A DNA stretch of 55,028 nt. Origin: a virus (taxonomy: Duplodnaviria > Caudoviricetes). The position numbers were made by a program, and so were the translations under genes. Below the pieces are notes generated by a model, which ran no database searches, was not told where the DNA came from, and worked only from the letters and a program-made list of their open reading frames with translations. The stretch spans positions 1-55,028 of the IMG/VR virus record IMGVR_UViG_3300025832_000011; one strand, 5' to 3'. Positions 25,562-35,685 of this stretch are shown here, one piece after another; the first letter of the stretch is position 1, and each line of letters opens with the position of its first letter.

Positions 25562-28500
25562 TAACCCAGAGCCGCCTTGATCTCAGTCCGTGAGCCTCGG
25601 ATCGTGTTGACCAGAACCTCTTGTCCCATGGGGGACGAGAGCGCACGGCTGAGCACTTCCTCGGGGTCGAACGTGTTGATGATGGTAGTGCCGCCCTTGG
25701 GCTGCGCTGGTGCCGCAGCACCCCCACCGTTGAGCATGTGGCGCGGGTCATCCCGTGTCAGCATCTCTTCGCCTTGCTCCGCAATGATTGGCACCTCGCC
25801 GGGGCGCAGGCCGATCATGCCGCCTTGGTGGTAGCGTGCCGCGCCTGCGAACATAGCGGGGCTGACCTGCCGTGTGCTGTTGCCGGAGCCTGCCCTGCTG
25901 CTGCCGATCAAGCCGCCCGTGTGCGCCGTACCGATGCCGATCAGGGAACCAAAGCTGGTACCTCCGAAGGCTGCCCGGAGAGCGTTGAAGATCGCCTGCT
26001 TGATGATCATCTGAGCGATCTGGATCAGGAAGTCGGAGGCAAACTTGAGGAAGGCGTCACGGGCTGCTTCACCCACGGACTGACCTTCAGCCACAGACTG
26101 AGCGAACGTGTCGAACGCGGACGCCAGACCGTTGAGGAACAGGTCTCCCACACGATCCCATTGCAGGTAAGCGTTCTTGGCCTCGGTGCCGAAGTTCTGC
26201 GTTTCCAGCTTGGCTGTTTGCAACTTCTGGATCGCCGCGTCAGCCTCGGAGCCACCAACAGCAGACCAGAGTTTCTGGGAGTTCTCGATAGCGGCCAACA
26301 GTTCGGCATTGATCTCGCCGATCTTCAGCTTCAGGTTCTCTTCCTGTTCGAGATCGCCTTGGCCCTTGGCGAGTTCAATCTGCTGCACCAGAGCAGCCCG
26401 TTGGCTCAAGAGGTTGTTGACCTCTTCCTCTGATTTCTTAGCAGCTTCGCTCGCTGTGACTGAGTTCTCTTTCGCCTTCTCAAGGTCAAACAAAGCTGCC
26501 GTCTGCTGCTTAATCTGTTCCAGTTCTGCGGTCGAGATATTCGGGTCCGCTTCCTTAGCCGCCCGGATAGCCTCTTCGATAGCGGCCTGCCGCTCCTTGC
26601 CTTGGTTGATCAACTCCTGCTGGGACAAAGCGAAAGTGCCGTCCGCGAGCCGTCCGTCCGTGGCTGCCTGCTCCGTAGCTGCCAGCTTGGCTGCTTCTTC
26701 TGCGGCCTTCTTGGTCGCTTCGATCTGTTTCTGGCGAGCGTCGACCACGGACTCTTGCACGCTGAGTTCCGTCTCGGAGATGCCGACCTTGCGCTGCGCC
26801 CAAGCGATCACTTCTTCCCGTGTCTTACCTTCGAGGATCGAGCGGTTCGCATTGATCTGGCCTGCGCCTAGGCTCTGGGAAGTCGGGGTTCCGGGGGCTG
26901 AGCCGATCAGGCTGGCTGCGCCTCCCGGCCCAAGGAAGTGCGAGAGGTACAGGTTCGCATCGTTGATCGCCACCCCTGCGGAGCGGAGATGCTTTGCGTT
27001 CTCTTGCAGGTAAAACTGGACCATCTGACGGCTGATCCCAGCATCCTTACGGAGTTCGAGGATCGCCGCGTTCGACATGCCCGTGGCGGCACCGGGGAAA
27101 TACTGCTTGAACATCCGCAGCCATGTGGACTCGATGAACTGTCCGAGACCTGTCGCGGATGATTTCGGGTTCTTGGCGTTGGGATCGCCACCAGATTCAA
27201 CACCGATGATCCGGTCAACGAGGGAGCCACCAACAAAATCGTTGTCCAGAGCGGTCTGCGCCCCGGCTGCGGCCTTCATAGCCTTCTCGACATCGGTCAT
27301 ATTGGTCGCCAGATCAATGGCCGTTGCCAGCATGTTTTCGAGGGCTTTGGATTCTTCGAGGTAATCCAGTTCACGTCCGATACCGGGGATCGAAGACTGA
27401 ATCTCTTTCAAAGCCGCATCGAACTTAGCAGCCGTTTCGGAGGCTGTCTCCATCCCTGCTGCCGACTCCTTGAGCGTGCCGTTCAGTTCTGCCAAAGCTG
27501 CTTCTTGCTCTTCGACCGAGCCTGTCATTGCTTGGATGATAAGGTTCAGCCTACGTACAGCAGCGGCTTTGTTTTCGATGTCCTTGGCAGCCGTGAGAAG
27601 CCCTTCCGCGTACCTGCGGTTGGCTTCGTTTCCATCGTTGAACTTCTCTGCGGTGTCGTCAATCGCGTCCGCCAGATCGGACATCTCAAGTTCGCCACGG
27701 TTGACGGCCCCTACGATCTTGTCGATCTCTGCAACGAACTCCTTAGAAGCCCCTGAACCCAGCCCCAGCTTTGCGAATATGCTGACGCCGCCCTGACCGT
27801 CTTCAATGTCGTTGAATGTCTTTACTGCATCCTTGAAACTGTCTTCCAGTTCGCGCAGGTTGCGACGGACATCCGTGAGTTTAAGGCTCTTGATGATCTT
27901 CTCGCCGAACTTCTCGACGTTCCGGCCCGCCGCGTCATAGGTGTTCTTGACCTGATCAACGATACGCTCGTGCTCGATCATGGCTTCCGTGGCGCTGGTG
28001 CCCGAGGTGGCCCAGAGCGCGATACCCGCGCCGATGGCTGCGACCAACAGGCCGAGGCCCGTGGTGGACAAGAGGGTCAGCAAGGCCACACGCACTCTGT
28101 TCACGGCACCCGCGAGGATTGTCATCTTCCCGGAAGCCCCAGCGGCAGCGTTGCCTGTGAGCGACACGCCCTTCGCAGCGTCTATCGAAGCCCGACCCAC
28201 GTCGCGCATCCCGTTAGCAATAGCAATGACTATCGGAGTGAATTTCAACCCGGCAAAACCTGCAAGAACCGTGAAGAAGAACTGGAAGTTCTCGATGGCA
28301 AAAGAGACTGTCCGCACCACCCCGGCCAGTGCCGAAGATACCCGAGCCGCGAAGTCTTGGAAGTCCGCAGACTTCAAGGTCACGACCAGCGTGTCTACCA
28401 TGTCGGTGAAGGCGTCGAGGAACCCAGCTTCGCCAAACCGGAGCAGGGCTTCAAACGCTTCGTTGGACAGTTTACCCAAAGACGCGGATGTGGACGACAA

Positions 28501-30591
28501 GGCGTCAGCCAGACCGGGGCCGAACCGCTTCTGAAGTTCTTCAGCAAACGGCAGCAGAGCGTCAGAGGTGACTTCTCCCTGCTCCATCATCTTGATCAGT
28601 TCGGCTGTACCAACACCCAGACCATCGGCCATGAGTCGGATCGCGCCGGGGAGCCTATCGCCCAACTGCTGACGAAGTTCTTCCATCTGGACCGCGCCTT
28701 TTGACACAATTTGTGTCAGGGCGGTGAAGACTCCAGCCATCTCTTCGGTGGAGTTTTTGTTGACCCGAGCGGACTCAGCAACGGCTGTGAAAATCTTGCG
28801 CGTGGCCTCACCTTCGAGGCGCGTGTTCTGCGTGGCGATGGAGAACTTCGAATACTCTGTCGCCAGCACACCGAACTGGATGCCAAGCCGATCAGCCGAG
28901 CGCCGCAGGAAGTCGAGTTCCTGTGCAGCAAGAGCCGTGTCGCCGCCCGTGGCGACCGTCAGACGGGCCTGAGCAGCCTCAAGCTGCTGGTAGGCGTCCA
29001 CAGTGCCCTTGAGGGTCTGGATGACCGCAAACAGGCCACCATAGGCAGCCACGAGGGACAGAACCTCGCCACGGATACGCTGAAGCAGACCGAGGGACTT
29101 GCGGTTGTCGCCATAGAACTGCCGATAGGCGTCGGCCAGACGGCCACCAGATGCAGCCCCCTTGTCGTTGGCCGCTGCTGCCCGGCCTGCCGCGCTCTCG
29201 TACCGTGTCATCGCCCCGGCAGCTTTGGTGGACTCGGTGTAGATGCGGCTCAAGGCCGCTTGGTTCTCACGAGCCTCTTGGGCGTTGCGCCCGAGGGCTG
29301 CTGTCGTCCGGGTCAGGATCGCTTGGAAGCGGGCCTGAGTCCCATTGATGCTTTCGATGTCTTGGCCCGTGTCACGGTAGGCGCGGCCCATGAGTTCCAG
29401 AGCCTCCCGCTGCTGGATATACTCCTGCTTCGCTGAAGCCCCTGCCGTCTTGGTCCGAGCGAACGCTTCGGCCATCTCCCGAGTGGGGACGCCAACCTTG
29501 CCGATGGCGGTTGCCAGCGTCGTGGCTTCCTTGCTCAGGTTGATGTACTCACGCTTGGCTTCCAAGGTGCTGCGCTTCTGATCTTGGAGCGCGGATGTCA
29601 GCTTGCCGAAAGACTGGCCGGACAGAGACCCGAGGGCCGCGTCGGCCTTGCCTGCTGCCTGTGCCAGTTCGACATAGTTGTCTTCGGCTTTATCAATCGC
29701 CTGCTGCTGTGATTGGATCGTCTTGGTGGCACCAGCGACCTTGCTTTGCAGCTTGCCTTGTTCCCGGCCCAGAGCGGCTGACTGCGCTGACACAGCGGTC
29801 AGGTTGTCTTTGATCTGGCCGAGCACCTTCTCCTGCCGGGCAACGGTGCCCGCAGCCCTCTCGGACTGTCCTGCGAAGATCGCCATGGCCGAGCCTGCTG
29901 CCCGTACCTGACCGCCGATCTCGCCGTATTCCGTGGTCAGCTTGTTCAGCTTGCCTGACTGCCGATCAACTGAAGCAGCCGCCGCGTCAAAGGATGTCTG
30001 AAGCGTGCGGCTGGGGGCTGCTGTCGCGGAGATGCGGTCAGCCAGATCGGCATACTTGGCCTTAGCCTTATCGAGGGCTGCGCTCTGGCGTTCGATCAAT
30101 CCGGGCAGCTTTGCCTGCCGGGCAGCGAACTTGTCCTGAGCAGCGGACGCCTGATTGTACGAGGCTGCCAGTTCTTTCTGGTCTTGCTTGGTCTGCTTGA
30201 TCGCGGAGCGTTGGTTCTCAAGAGCCTTGGTGGCCCCGGCCTGCTTGGAACCGAACTTCTGGACTGCGGCACCCGTCTCTGCAAGCTGTGCTTCTAGCGC
30301 GGCTGCATCCTGCTTGGTGCCGTCGAGGGCCTTCTCCAAGCGGGTCAGTTCGCCTTCGGCTGAGCGGAGTTCTTTTTCCAACTTCCCGGCGATGTCGAGG
30401 CCACCGAGGTTCTTCTGAAGATTGGAAATGGCAGCGCCAAGCTGACCTAGGGAGGATTCAGTCTTGTTGGCGCTGCCATCCACGCCCTTGGAGGCGTTGG
30501 TGAAGTCATCGAGCGCGGCTGTGATCTGGTCGAGGACCTTCTTTGCCTCGTCCTTCGCGCTGATTACTAGATCGACATTCCTGCGAGCCAT
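25561..30591 (-). CDS. Tape measure protein with internal transglycosylase-like domain
   Basis: 1676 aa Ala-rich coiled coil; SKGAVQMEELRQQLGDRLPGA; IGVESGGDPNAKNPKSSATGLGQFIESTW; C-terminal HTGG..RYHQGG..EVP. Confidence 0.92.
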   Translation of the reverse strand: MARRNVDLVISAKDEAKKVLDQITAALDDFTNASKGVDGSANKTESSLGQLGAAISNLQKNLGGLDIAGKLEKELRSAEGELTRLEKALDGTKQDAAALEAQLAETGAAVQKFGSKQAGATKALENQRSAIKQTKQDQKELAASYNQASAAQDKFAARQAKLPGLIERQSAALDKAKAKYADLADRISATAAPSRTLQTSFDAAAASVDRQSGKLNKLTTEYGEIGGQVRAAGSAMAIFAGQSERAAGTVARQEKVLGQIKDNLTAVSAQSAALGREQGKLQSKVAGATKTIQSQQQAIDKAEDNYVELAQAAGKADAALGSLSGQSFGKLTSALQDQKRSTLEAKREYINLSKEATTLATAIGKVGVPTREMAEAFARTKTAGASAKQEYIQQREALELMGRAYRDTGQDIESINGTQARFQAILTRTTAALGRNAQEARENQAALSRIYTESTKAAGAMTRYESAAGRAAAANDKGAASGGRLADAYRQFYGDNRKSLGLLQRIRGEVLSLVAAYGGLFAVIQTLKGTVDAYQQLEAAQARLTVATGGDTALAAQELDFLRRSADRLGIQFGVLATEYSKFSIATQNTRLEGEATRKIFTAVAESARVNKNSTEEMAGVFTALTQIVSKGAVQMEELRQQLGDRLPGAIRLMADGLGVGTAELIKMMEQGEVTSDALLPFAEELQKRFGPGLADALSSTSASLGKLSNEAFEALLRFGEAGFLDAFTDMVDTLVVTLKSADFQDFAARVSSALAGVVRTVSFAIENFQFFFTVLAGFAGLKFTPIVIAIANGMRDVGRASIDAAKGVSLTGNAAAGASGKMTILAGAVNRVRVALLTLLSTTGLGLLVAAIGAGIALWATSGTSATEAMIEHERIVDQVKNTYDAAGRNVEKFGEKIIKSLKLTDVRRNLRELEDSFKDAVKTFNDIEDGQGGVSIFAKLGLGSGASKEFVAEIDKIVGAVNRGELEMSDLADAIDDTAEKFNDGNEANRRYAEGLLTAAKDIENKAAAVRRLNLIIQAMTGSVEEQEAALAELNGTLKESAAGMETASETAAKFDAALKEIQSSIPGIGRELDYLEESKALENMLATAIDLATNMTDVEKAMKAAAGAQTALDNDFVGGSLVDRIIGVESGGDPNAKNPKSSATGLGQFIESTWLRMFKQYFPGAATGMSNAAILELRKDAGISRQMVQFYLQENAKHLRSAGVAINDANLYLSHFLGPGGAASLIGSAPGTPTSQSLGAGQINANRSILEGKTREEVIAWAQRKVGISETELSVQESVVDARQKQIEATKKAAEEAAKLAATEQAATDGRLADGTFALSQQELINQGKERQAAIEEAIRAAKEADPNISTAELEQIKQQTAALFDLEKAKENSVTASEAAKKSEEEVNNLLSQRAALVQQIELAKGQGDLEQEENLKLKIGEINAELLAAIENSQKLWSAVGGSEADAAIQKLQTAKLETQNFGTEAKNAYLQWDRVGDLFLNGLASAFDTFAQSVAEGQSVGEAARDAFLKFASDFLIQIAQMIIKQAIFNALRAAFGGTSFGSLIGIGTAHTGGLIGSSRAGSGNSTRQVSPAMFAGAARYHQGGMIGLRPGEVPIIAEQGEEMLTRDDPRHMLNGGGAAAPAQPKGGTTIINTFDPEEVLSRALSSPMGQEVLVNTIRGSRTEIKAALG

Positions 30592-30942
30592 TTACTGTTC
30601 CTTGCCGAATAGACCCTTCCGGGGTGTGACCTGCACGTTAAGCTGTTTTGTCATCTTTGAAAACTCCCCCCGTGCGGGCTTCGAAAGTAGGGAGTGTACG
30701 GCAAGTCGAATAAGCTGGCTCTCGGTTATGATTTTGTTGTTCTGTCTTTCTTCGACAAGAGCCGCCTCGTCTCCGAGACGGCCCAAGGGGTAGGACATTG
30801 CTTGGGGGTGGCCAGCCTCTATTAAGAGACTCGCCTGCCTTCGGATTCCCCAGTACCATTCATTGAACTCAACGGCGCTACCTCCGTCAGAACCCCAGAT
30901 ACCGCCGTTATCATTCGTCTCAGGGATTCGATCAACTTTTTT
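30592..30942 (-). CDS. Tail assembly chaperone frameshift extension (gpGT-like)
   Basis: -1 frame from slippery A AAA AAG (30942-30936) stays open to TAA 30592 (...WGIRRQASLLIEAGHPQAMSYPLG...). Confidence 0.8.
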   Translation of the reverse strand, partial: KKVDRIPETNDNGGIWGSDGGSAVEFNEWYWGIRRQASLLIEAGHPQAMSYPLGRLGDEAALVEERQNNKIITESQLIRLAVHSLLSKPARGEFSKMTKQLNVQVTPRKGLFGKEQ

Positions 30943-31292
30943 ACTTCCGCCTCCGAATAGAAGGTCTCGTGGAAGATCGCTTCGATCAACTCGATCTGGA
31001 CAGGGGTCGGCAGCTTGGCAGCCAGAGCCACCATCTCGGGATCATACTCGTCTGAGGCCAGAGCGATGGCTGCTGCCACCACCTCGGGCAAGTCAGACAC
31101 GAAGGTCATGATCGCTTTCTTGGTGTCTCCTTCGAACGTGCCGTCCGTGACCTTGCCGAAGATCAGAGCCATCTCAGGCCCATAGTCTTGTGCGGCAATC
31201 ATGAGGTCGGAGCCTGAGATACCGCGAACAGTGATGTCCTGTTCGCGGTACTTGATTGTGGTCGAGTGGATTGTAATGTCGCGCAGTCCCAT
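30822..31292 (-). CDS. Tail assembly chaperone (gpG-like)
   Basis: Between major tail and tape measure genes; ITVRGIS..., EVKKL at slippery site. Confidence 0.85.
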   Translation of the reverse strand: MGLRDITIHSTTIKYREQDITVRGISGSDLMIAAQDYGPEMALIFGKVTDGTFEGDTKKAIMTFVSDLPEVVAAAIALASDEYDPEMVALAAKLPTPVQIELIEAIFHETFYSEAEVKKLIESLRRMITAVSGVLTEVAPLSSMNGTGESEGRRVS

Positions 31293-31304
31293 ACTCTTTT
31301 TTCC

Positions 31305-32084
31305 TTAGCTGAGTGTCGGTGTGCCGTCGCGGTAGATCGCTTCGCCAACCGTGGGTTTCAGGATTTCGAGAGCCAGCGGAATCTGCTGCCACTCGTCGCC
31401 TTTCAAGGCATAGTCCCCATTGGGTGTGATCTTCACGTAAGGCATGAAGAATACCGCATCGGCCCCCTTGGGGTTCTTGGTGACGTACATCATCGCACCC
31501 TCAACAGGCTCGGAGCCTGAGATCACACGGTCGCGGCTGGAACCAGCAACAGCGTAGGTGACTTCGATGTTCGCATCGTCAACAGCCACGATGGATGCCT
31601 CAAGGAAGGTGATGATACCGTTCAAGAGATCGACCGTGTAGTCCGTATCCTCGACCAGTGCGACCGCACCGTCCGTCTCAACAGAGAAGCCAGAAGCGTC
31701 GATGCCGAAGTAGCCAGCCGGATTGGATGACGTGATGCCCAGCTTGTAGCTGTGACCGTTCTTAATGGCCGTCAGCGTCTCGACTGCACTGGCAACGGAT
31801 GCCTGCGTGACAACGCTGTCAGAACCGAAGAAGAACAGCGCGACGTTCTTCGGGTCGATGTTGTCCGTGGTCAGCGACCCGGTACGGTTGACTTCCAGAG
31901 GTACGGAGTCATCTTTTTCACGGATGCCTTCGTCAGAGGAATAGTGATCCAGAGTTTCGGACTCAATGGTCAGCGAGAACTCAGGGGTGTTACCGATGTA
32001 GAAGAAGCCATCCGGCGTCTGCGTCCCGGTCTTGAAGCGAGCGAAGTGAACCTGACCACGCCCGAGGGTATAATTGTTAGCCAT
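31305..32084 (-). CDS. Major tail tube protein
   Basis: MANNYTLGRG..F, YIGNTPEF, DHYSS..GIREKD, NPKG, LKGDEWQ; ATG 32084. Confidence 0.88.
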   Translation of the reverse strand: MANNYTLGRGQVHFARFKTGTQTPDGFFYIGNTPEFSLTIESETLDHYSSDEGIREKDDSVPLEVNRTGSLTTDNIDPKNVALFFFGSDSVVTQASVASAVETLTAIKNGHSYKLGITSSNPAGYFGIDASGFSVETDGAVALVEDTDYTVDLLNGIITFLEASIVAVDDANIEVTYAVAGSSRDRVISGSEPVEGAMMYVTKNPKGADAVFFMPYVKITPNGDYALKGDEWQQIPLALEILKPTVGEAIYRDGTPTLS

Positions 32085-32106
32085 GATGATGACCTTTCCT
32101 GCTTGG

Positions 32107-32643
32107 TTAGACCGTGTACTGGTCTGTGACATCCTCGACTATATCGAGAACAATTAGTAGCCAAAAATATGCCTTGGCTGAGATTTCATCGGGGGGCCGC
32201 ACGACCCCTGTTCCGATTGCGACCCGTGTGACTTGGTTCAAGAGGCCGAACGGGCCGTCCTCTTGCTTAGTCGCTAGGACCTTCTTGCTTTCCAAGGCCA
32301 GACACTTCTTAACATCTGCCAAGGCGACGTGCGCCGGATCGGTTGGGTTCTGCTTGTCGTCATCGACAAAGCCCTGAACCATTAACTCCCACCCACCGTA
32401 GCTGTAACCGGAGCCTTCAGGTGGGGGTATTTGATCGAGAGGGATGGGGCTTTCGAGAACGGAGAGCATAGGGATAGGATCGCCCTCGCCGAATACGGCA
32501 CGTCCACGAAAAACCCGGTTGTCCTCGGAGCCTTCCGCACCGGAGAAGTCCATGACGTAACCTTCTGCCGGAGTAATCCCCCGCAGGGTCTCACACATGC
32601 GCTTCATGATCTCCAACCGGAGCGGGCTTGTAATGGTGGCCAT
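32107..32643 (-). CDS. Tail terminator/completion protein
   Basis: VFRGR..FG..DP.PMLSVLE, NPTDPAH; position before tube gene. Confidence 0.75.
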   Translation of the reverse strand: MATITSPLRLEIMKRMCETLRGITPAEGYVMDFSGAEGSEDNRVFRGRAVFGEGDPIPMLSVLESPIPLDQIPPPEGSGYSYGGWELMVQGFVDDDKQNPTDPAHVALADVKKCLALESKKVLATKQEDGPFGLLNQVTRVAIGTGVVRPPDEISAKAYFWLLIVLDIVEDVTDQYTV

Positions 32644-32644
32644 T

Positions 32645-33265
32645 CTACAACTCCAACAATCTCAGGAACTCTTCAGATAAGTCTCTTTCTATCTCAGGAA
32701 TGAGGTCGTTGGCAACGCCGTCGCCGCTGATCGCCCTGAAGACCTGATCGACCGAGGGTCCGTAGAGAACATATAGGCCCTTTGCTACTCGCCGGGCGGA
32801 TGTCTTATTCGCGAGTCTCTCGCCGGGCCGGAGCCTGATCGCTAGACCCATGTTGGCGCGGCCCAGATCGGTGGAGCCTGCTTGGCCGGGCAGCCGGATC
32901 ATGAAGGCTCTCTTCATAAAGCGGGCTTTGCCGGGGGCGACTTCCACGACCACGCCGGGCTTGCCTTCCCGTGCGTTGCTGGTCACGAACCGAGCGAGGC
33001 TGGTGGCCCTACCGCGTGCTGTGATCTTACCCTGAAGGTTGCCCGGAGACGCCATCTGTGAGACCCACAGGCCCTTACCGCCGGGGGCAACATAGGATGC
33101 GGGCAGGTTCACTTCGTCTCGGATCAGCTTAGCTGCCCGTGTGCGCTTGTTCCGCGTGATGGTGTTGATGGCTTTCGATGCAGCGCGTTTGATGTTGCCT
33201 GCCGCGTCCTTGGTGAAGTCTACCTCGGTGAGGCCGTTCACGAATACCGCAAAACTCTCTGCCAT
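32645..33265 (-). CDS. Neck/tail completion protein (lambda Z-like)
   Basis: Basic; AIN, R.TSLARF, LYGPSVDQVF. Confidence 0.75.
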   Translation of the reverse strand: MAESFAVFVNGLTEVDFTKDAAGNIKRAASKAINTITRNKRTRAAKLIRDEVNLPASYVAPGGKGLWVSQMASPGNLQGKITARGRATSLARFVTSNAREGKPGVVVEVAPGKARFMKRAFMIRLPGQAGSTDLGRANMGLAIRLRPGERLANKTSARRVAKGLYVLYGPSVDQVFRAISGDGVANDLIPEIERDLSEEFLRLLEL

Positions 33266-33269
33266 GGCG

Positions 33270-33665
33270 TCATGCGCCTATCACGGAGCCGTCAGGCAGG
33301 GTCTTGCCCAACAAGTCTGCGGTGGACATCTCGGAGACTTCCACAGTGGTCGTCAGACCGTCCCGTGGCTTTACTGTCTCAACGAAGAAACCTTCGTCCG
33401 CTTCGAAGATGATCAAGCACCCCCGGCGGATTGAGGTCGATGTCAGTTCTGCGTTCCAGAGAACCACCTCGGTAGGGCGTTCGTGAGTCTCTGCATACGA
33501 AAGGTTGGTGCCTGCCAGATCGCCAGCCATCTTGGCTTCGTCATGGCGGCGCGCAGTAATGGGGTCGGGCAGCAGCGTGCCCGAGCGGTCGTAGAACGAG
33601 GCAGGCCGTGCCATGAACTCATGGAGTGCCTGCCTCGCTTTGGCTTTGATTTCAGCCAGTGACAT
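33270..33665 (-). CDS. Head-tail joining protein
   Basis: IKAKARQALHE..; position after capsid module. Confidence 0.7.
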   Translation of the reverse strand: MSLAEIKAKARQALHEFMARPASFYDRSGTLLPDPITARRHDEAKMAGDLAGTNLSYAETHERPTEVVLWNAELTSTSIRRGCLIIFEADEGFFVETVKPRDGLTTTVEVSEMSTADLLGKTLPDGSVIGA

Positions 33666-33667
33666 GA

Positions 33668-34033
33668 TTACAGCATGTCCTCGCCGTCGCCTTCGCCGTT
33701 GCCTTCGCCGTTGCCTTCGCCGTCGCCTTCGCCAGCATCTTTCTTGGCAGGGGCTTTCTTGGCAGGGGCTTTTTTGGCAGGGGCTTTTTTGGCCGAGCCG
33801 ACTTTGACAGGATCATGTTCTCTGTCAGAGTCTTTGCACAGTTCGATTGCGCCCTTGTCGAGCAGTTCCTTGCAAGTGTCGCTGTCCGGGTCGATCTCAA
33901 AGCGGCGTTTGGCCGGAATGATAACGACCTTCGGGGGCGTGGGCGCGATGCCTTTGGCTTTGTCGCCAGCCTTGCCGGGAACGTCTGTGATGTGGACCTC
34001 TGTGATCGCACGGTACGTTTTTGAAGCAGCCAT
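33668..34033 (-). CDS. Low-complexity protein after capsid gene (KKAPA and GEGD/N repeats)
   Basis: GGGAG RBS; KKAPAKKAPAKKAPAKK then GEGDGEGNGEGNGEGDGEDML. Confidence 0.75.
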   Translation of the reverse strand: MAASKTYRAITEVHITDVPGKAGDKAKGIAPTPPKVVIIPAKRRFEIDPDSDTCKELLDKGAIELCKDSDREHDPVKVGSAKKAPAKKAPAKKAPAKKDAGEGDGEGNGEGNGEGDGEDML

Positions 34034-34071
34034 TGAATAGTCTCCCTAGATAGCTGTTGTATGGTTGGGTG

Positions 34072-34095
34072 TCGGGGCAGCCGAAGCCGCCCCGA
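34072..34095 (-). terminator. UUCG-tetraloop hairpin after major capsid gene
   Basis: TCGGGGCGGC-TTCG-GCTGCCCCGA; no U tract, so possibly a pause/stability element. Confidence 0.55.
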
Positions 34096-34099
34096 TTGG

Positions 34100-35158
34100 T
34101 TACGCTACGACGCGAGCACGGAACGTCGCGTTCGGGTTCAGAGGAACCATGAGCGGAGCGGACTGTGACATCACGAACGTCGCTGAAGGGTCTTCCTGAT
34201 TCCACATCTTCGGGAAGATGGCGAGAGGCTGGAAGCCTGCCGACACGTCCTGAATTGCGCCGAAGCAACGGATGCCGCTGACGCTCGGAGAGGTCAGAAC
34301 GATGTCCTTCGGGTTCATGAAGTCTGTGACAGTGCCGTCAGCCAACTCGTAATAGTCCGAGTAGACATAGACTTCTGTCGTACCATTCAGCTTGCCGACA
34401 TACTCGACATCCAGACCATCCATGACGCCGAAGTTCAGATCGAGACCACCCTGCTGCGCGGGGCGGTAATCAGTCTTGATCAGGTCGCGGATTTCTGTGT
34501 CTGCCCGCATCACTTCCCAAGCATCGACGCCTACCGTCAAACGGTTGGCTACGCCGCCGTGCTTGGCCCGACGCATGGTTTTCTTCCACGTTTCCAGATT
34601 GCCCAAGATGGATACGCCAGCAGCGCCCCAAAGTGTGCCGCCAGAAAGCGTAACGGTGTGGCCTGCGGCACGCTGGAAGTCTACGACCTTCTTCGGATAG
34701 TTGTCATCCTCAAGGGTCACAGAACCGTTCAGAACGGCTTCAGCGGCCATCCATTCCCAGCGACGTTCGATGGCTTCACGGTGCTGACGAAGAATGTCGG
34801 CAACGATTGCCTGATACCGCTGAGCCGGGGACATCGGAGCAGACGAGTTCAGTTCACCAAAGCCTGCGGCCCGGCGGATTACACGGCTTGCGCTCACGGA
34901 ATCCTTGGGCTTGACGTATGCAGGCTTCACTGAGCCGCGCTCTTCGGCTGCGGAGTAGATCGGCACGCCCTGAGCGGTAGGGACTACGAGAGGCGCAATT
35001 TTGCGGTTCTCTTGCAGCTTGGAGAAGTCAATCTCTTCGGTGTCGAACTGGATGGTCTGGCCGAAGCACAAACCCAGCCAGTAGTTGGAAGGGGCTTCCA
35101 TGTGACGCATCGTGCCCAGCAGGGTTGATGTGTCGTAGATGTTATTTGCAAGTGACAT
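34100..35158 (-). CDS. Major capsid protein (lambda gpE family)
   Basis: FDTEEIDF, APLV.P..QG, KPAYVKPK, RRWEWMAA, QSAPLMVP. Confidence 0.92.
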   Translation of the reverse strand: MSLANNIYDTSTLLGTMRHMEAPSNYWLGLCFGQTIQFDTEEIDFSKLQENRKIAPLVVPTAQGVPIYSAAEERGSVKPAYVKPKDSVSASRVIRRAAGFGELNSSAPMSPAQRYQAIVADILRQHREAIERRWEWMAAEAVLNGSVTLEDDNYPKKVVDFQRAAGHTVTLSGGTLWGAAGVSILGNLETWKKTMRRAKHGGVANRLTVGVDAWEVMRADTEIRDLIKTDYRPAQQGGLDLNFGVMDGLDVEYVGKLNGTTEVYVYSDYYELADGTVTDFMNPKDIVLTSPSVSGIRCFGAIQDVSAGFQPLAIFPKMWNQEDPSATFVMSQSAPLMVPLNPNATFRARVVA

Positions 35159-35205
35159 GCTGATTAACCTTTCTTGCCTGTCAAACTGGTGTGATCAATC
35201 CCGAC

Positions 35206-35643
35206 TTACGGGTAGATCGCATCCGAGTCGAAATTACCCTTAGAGACGAAGATCGTCGGCGACACTGAGCCTTGGAAGGCAGCAGCTTTTTTCGCGTCGG
35301 TATCGTAGGTGGCGTCCCAAGTCAGGGCTTCCATCTCGAAGTGACCCATCACGTAGACAGACACAGAGGCCGTCTCGCCATCGGCGATGGTGATCGGCAT
35401 GGCTGCGATATAATCCGCCGTGCCTGCATCCGGGGTGGCATTGTAATCAGCCAGTGCCCCAGCGCCGTTAAGCACGTCGAGGAAGCCGATTTCAAGGTCC
35501 GCACCGGACGCGGTGAACTGGACAACCTGAGTGGTCAGCGCGGGCGTATCGCCGTACTGCCAGTTCTGCTTGTTGCCCCATGATTCCTTCTCGAAGCCTG
35601 CAATGCCGGGTTCGGAGTAAGGTACTTTATTGTCAACAGCCAT
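35206..35643 (-). CDS. Head decoration protein (gpD-like)
   Basis: Between protease and capsid; VYVMGHF..EALTW. Confidence 0.8.
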   Translation of the reverse strand: MAVDNKVPYSEPGIAGFEKESWGNKQNWQYGDTPALTTQVVQFTASGADLEIGFLDVLNGAGALADYNATPDAGTADYIAAMPITIADGETASVSVYVMGHFEMEALTWDATYDTDAKKAAAFQGSVSPTIFVSKGNFDSDAIYP

Positions 35644-35685
35644 GTTTTGATCTCCTGCTATTGAGTGGTTGTGCCGTTATCCGGC

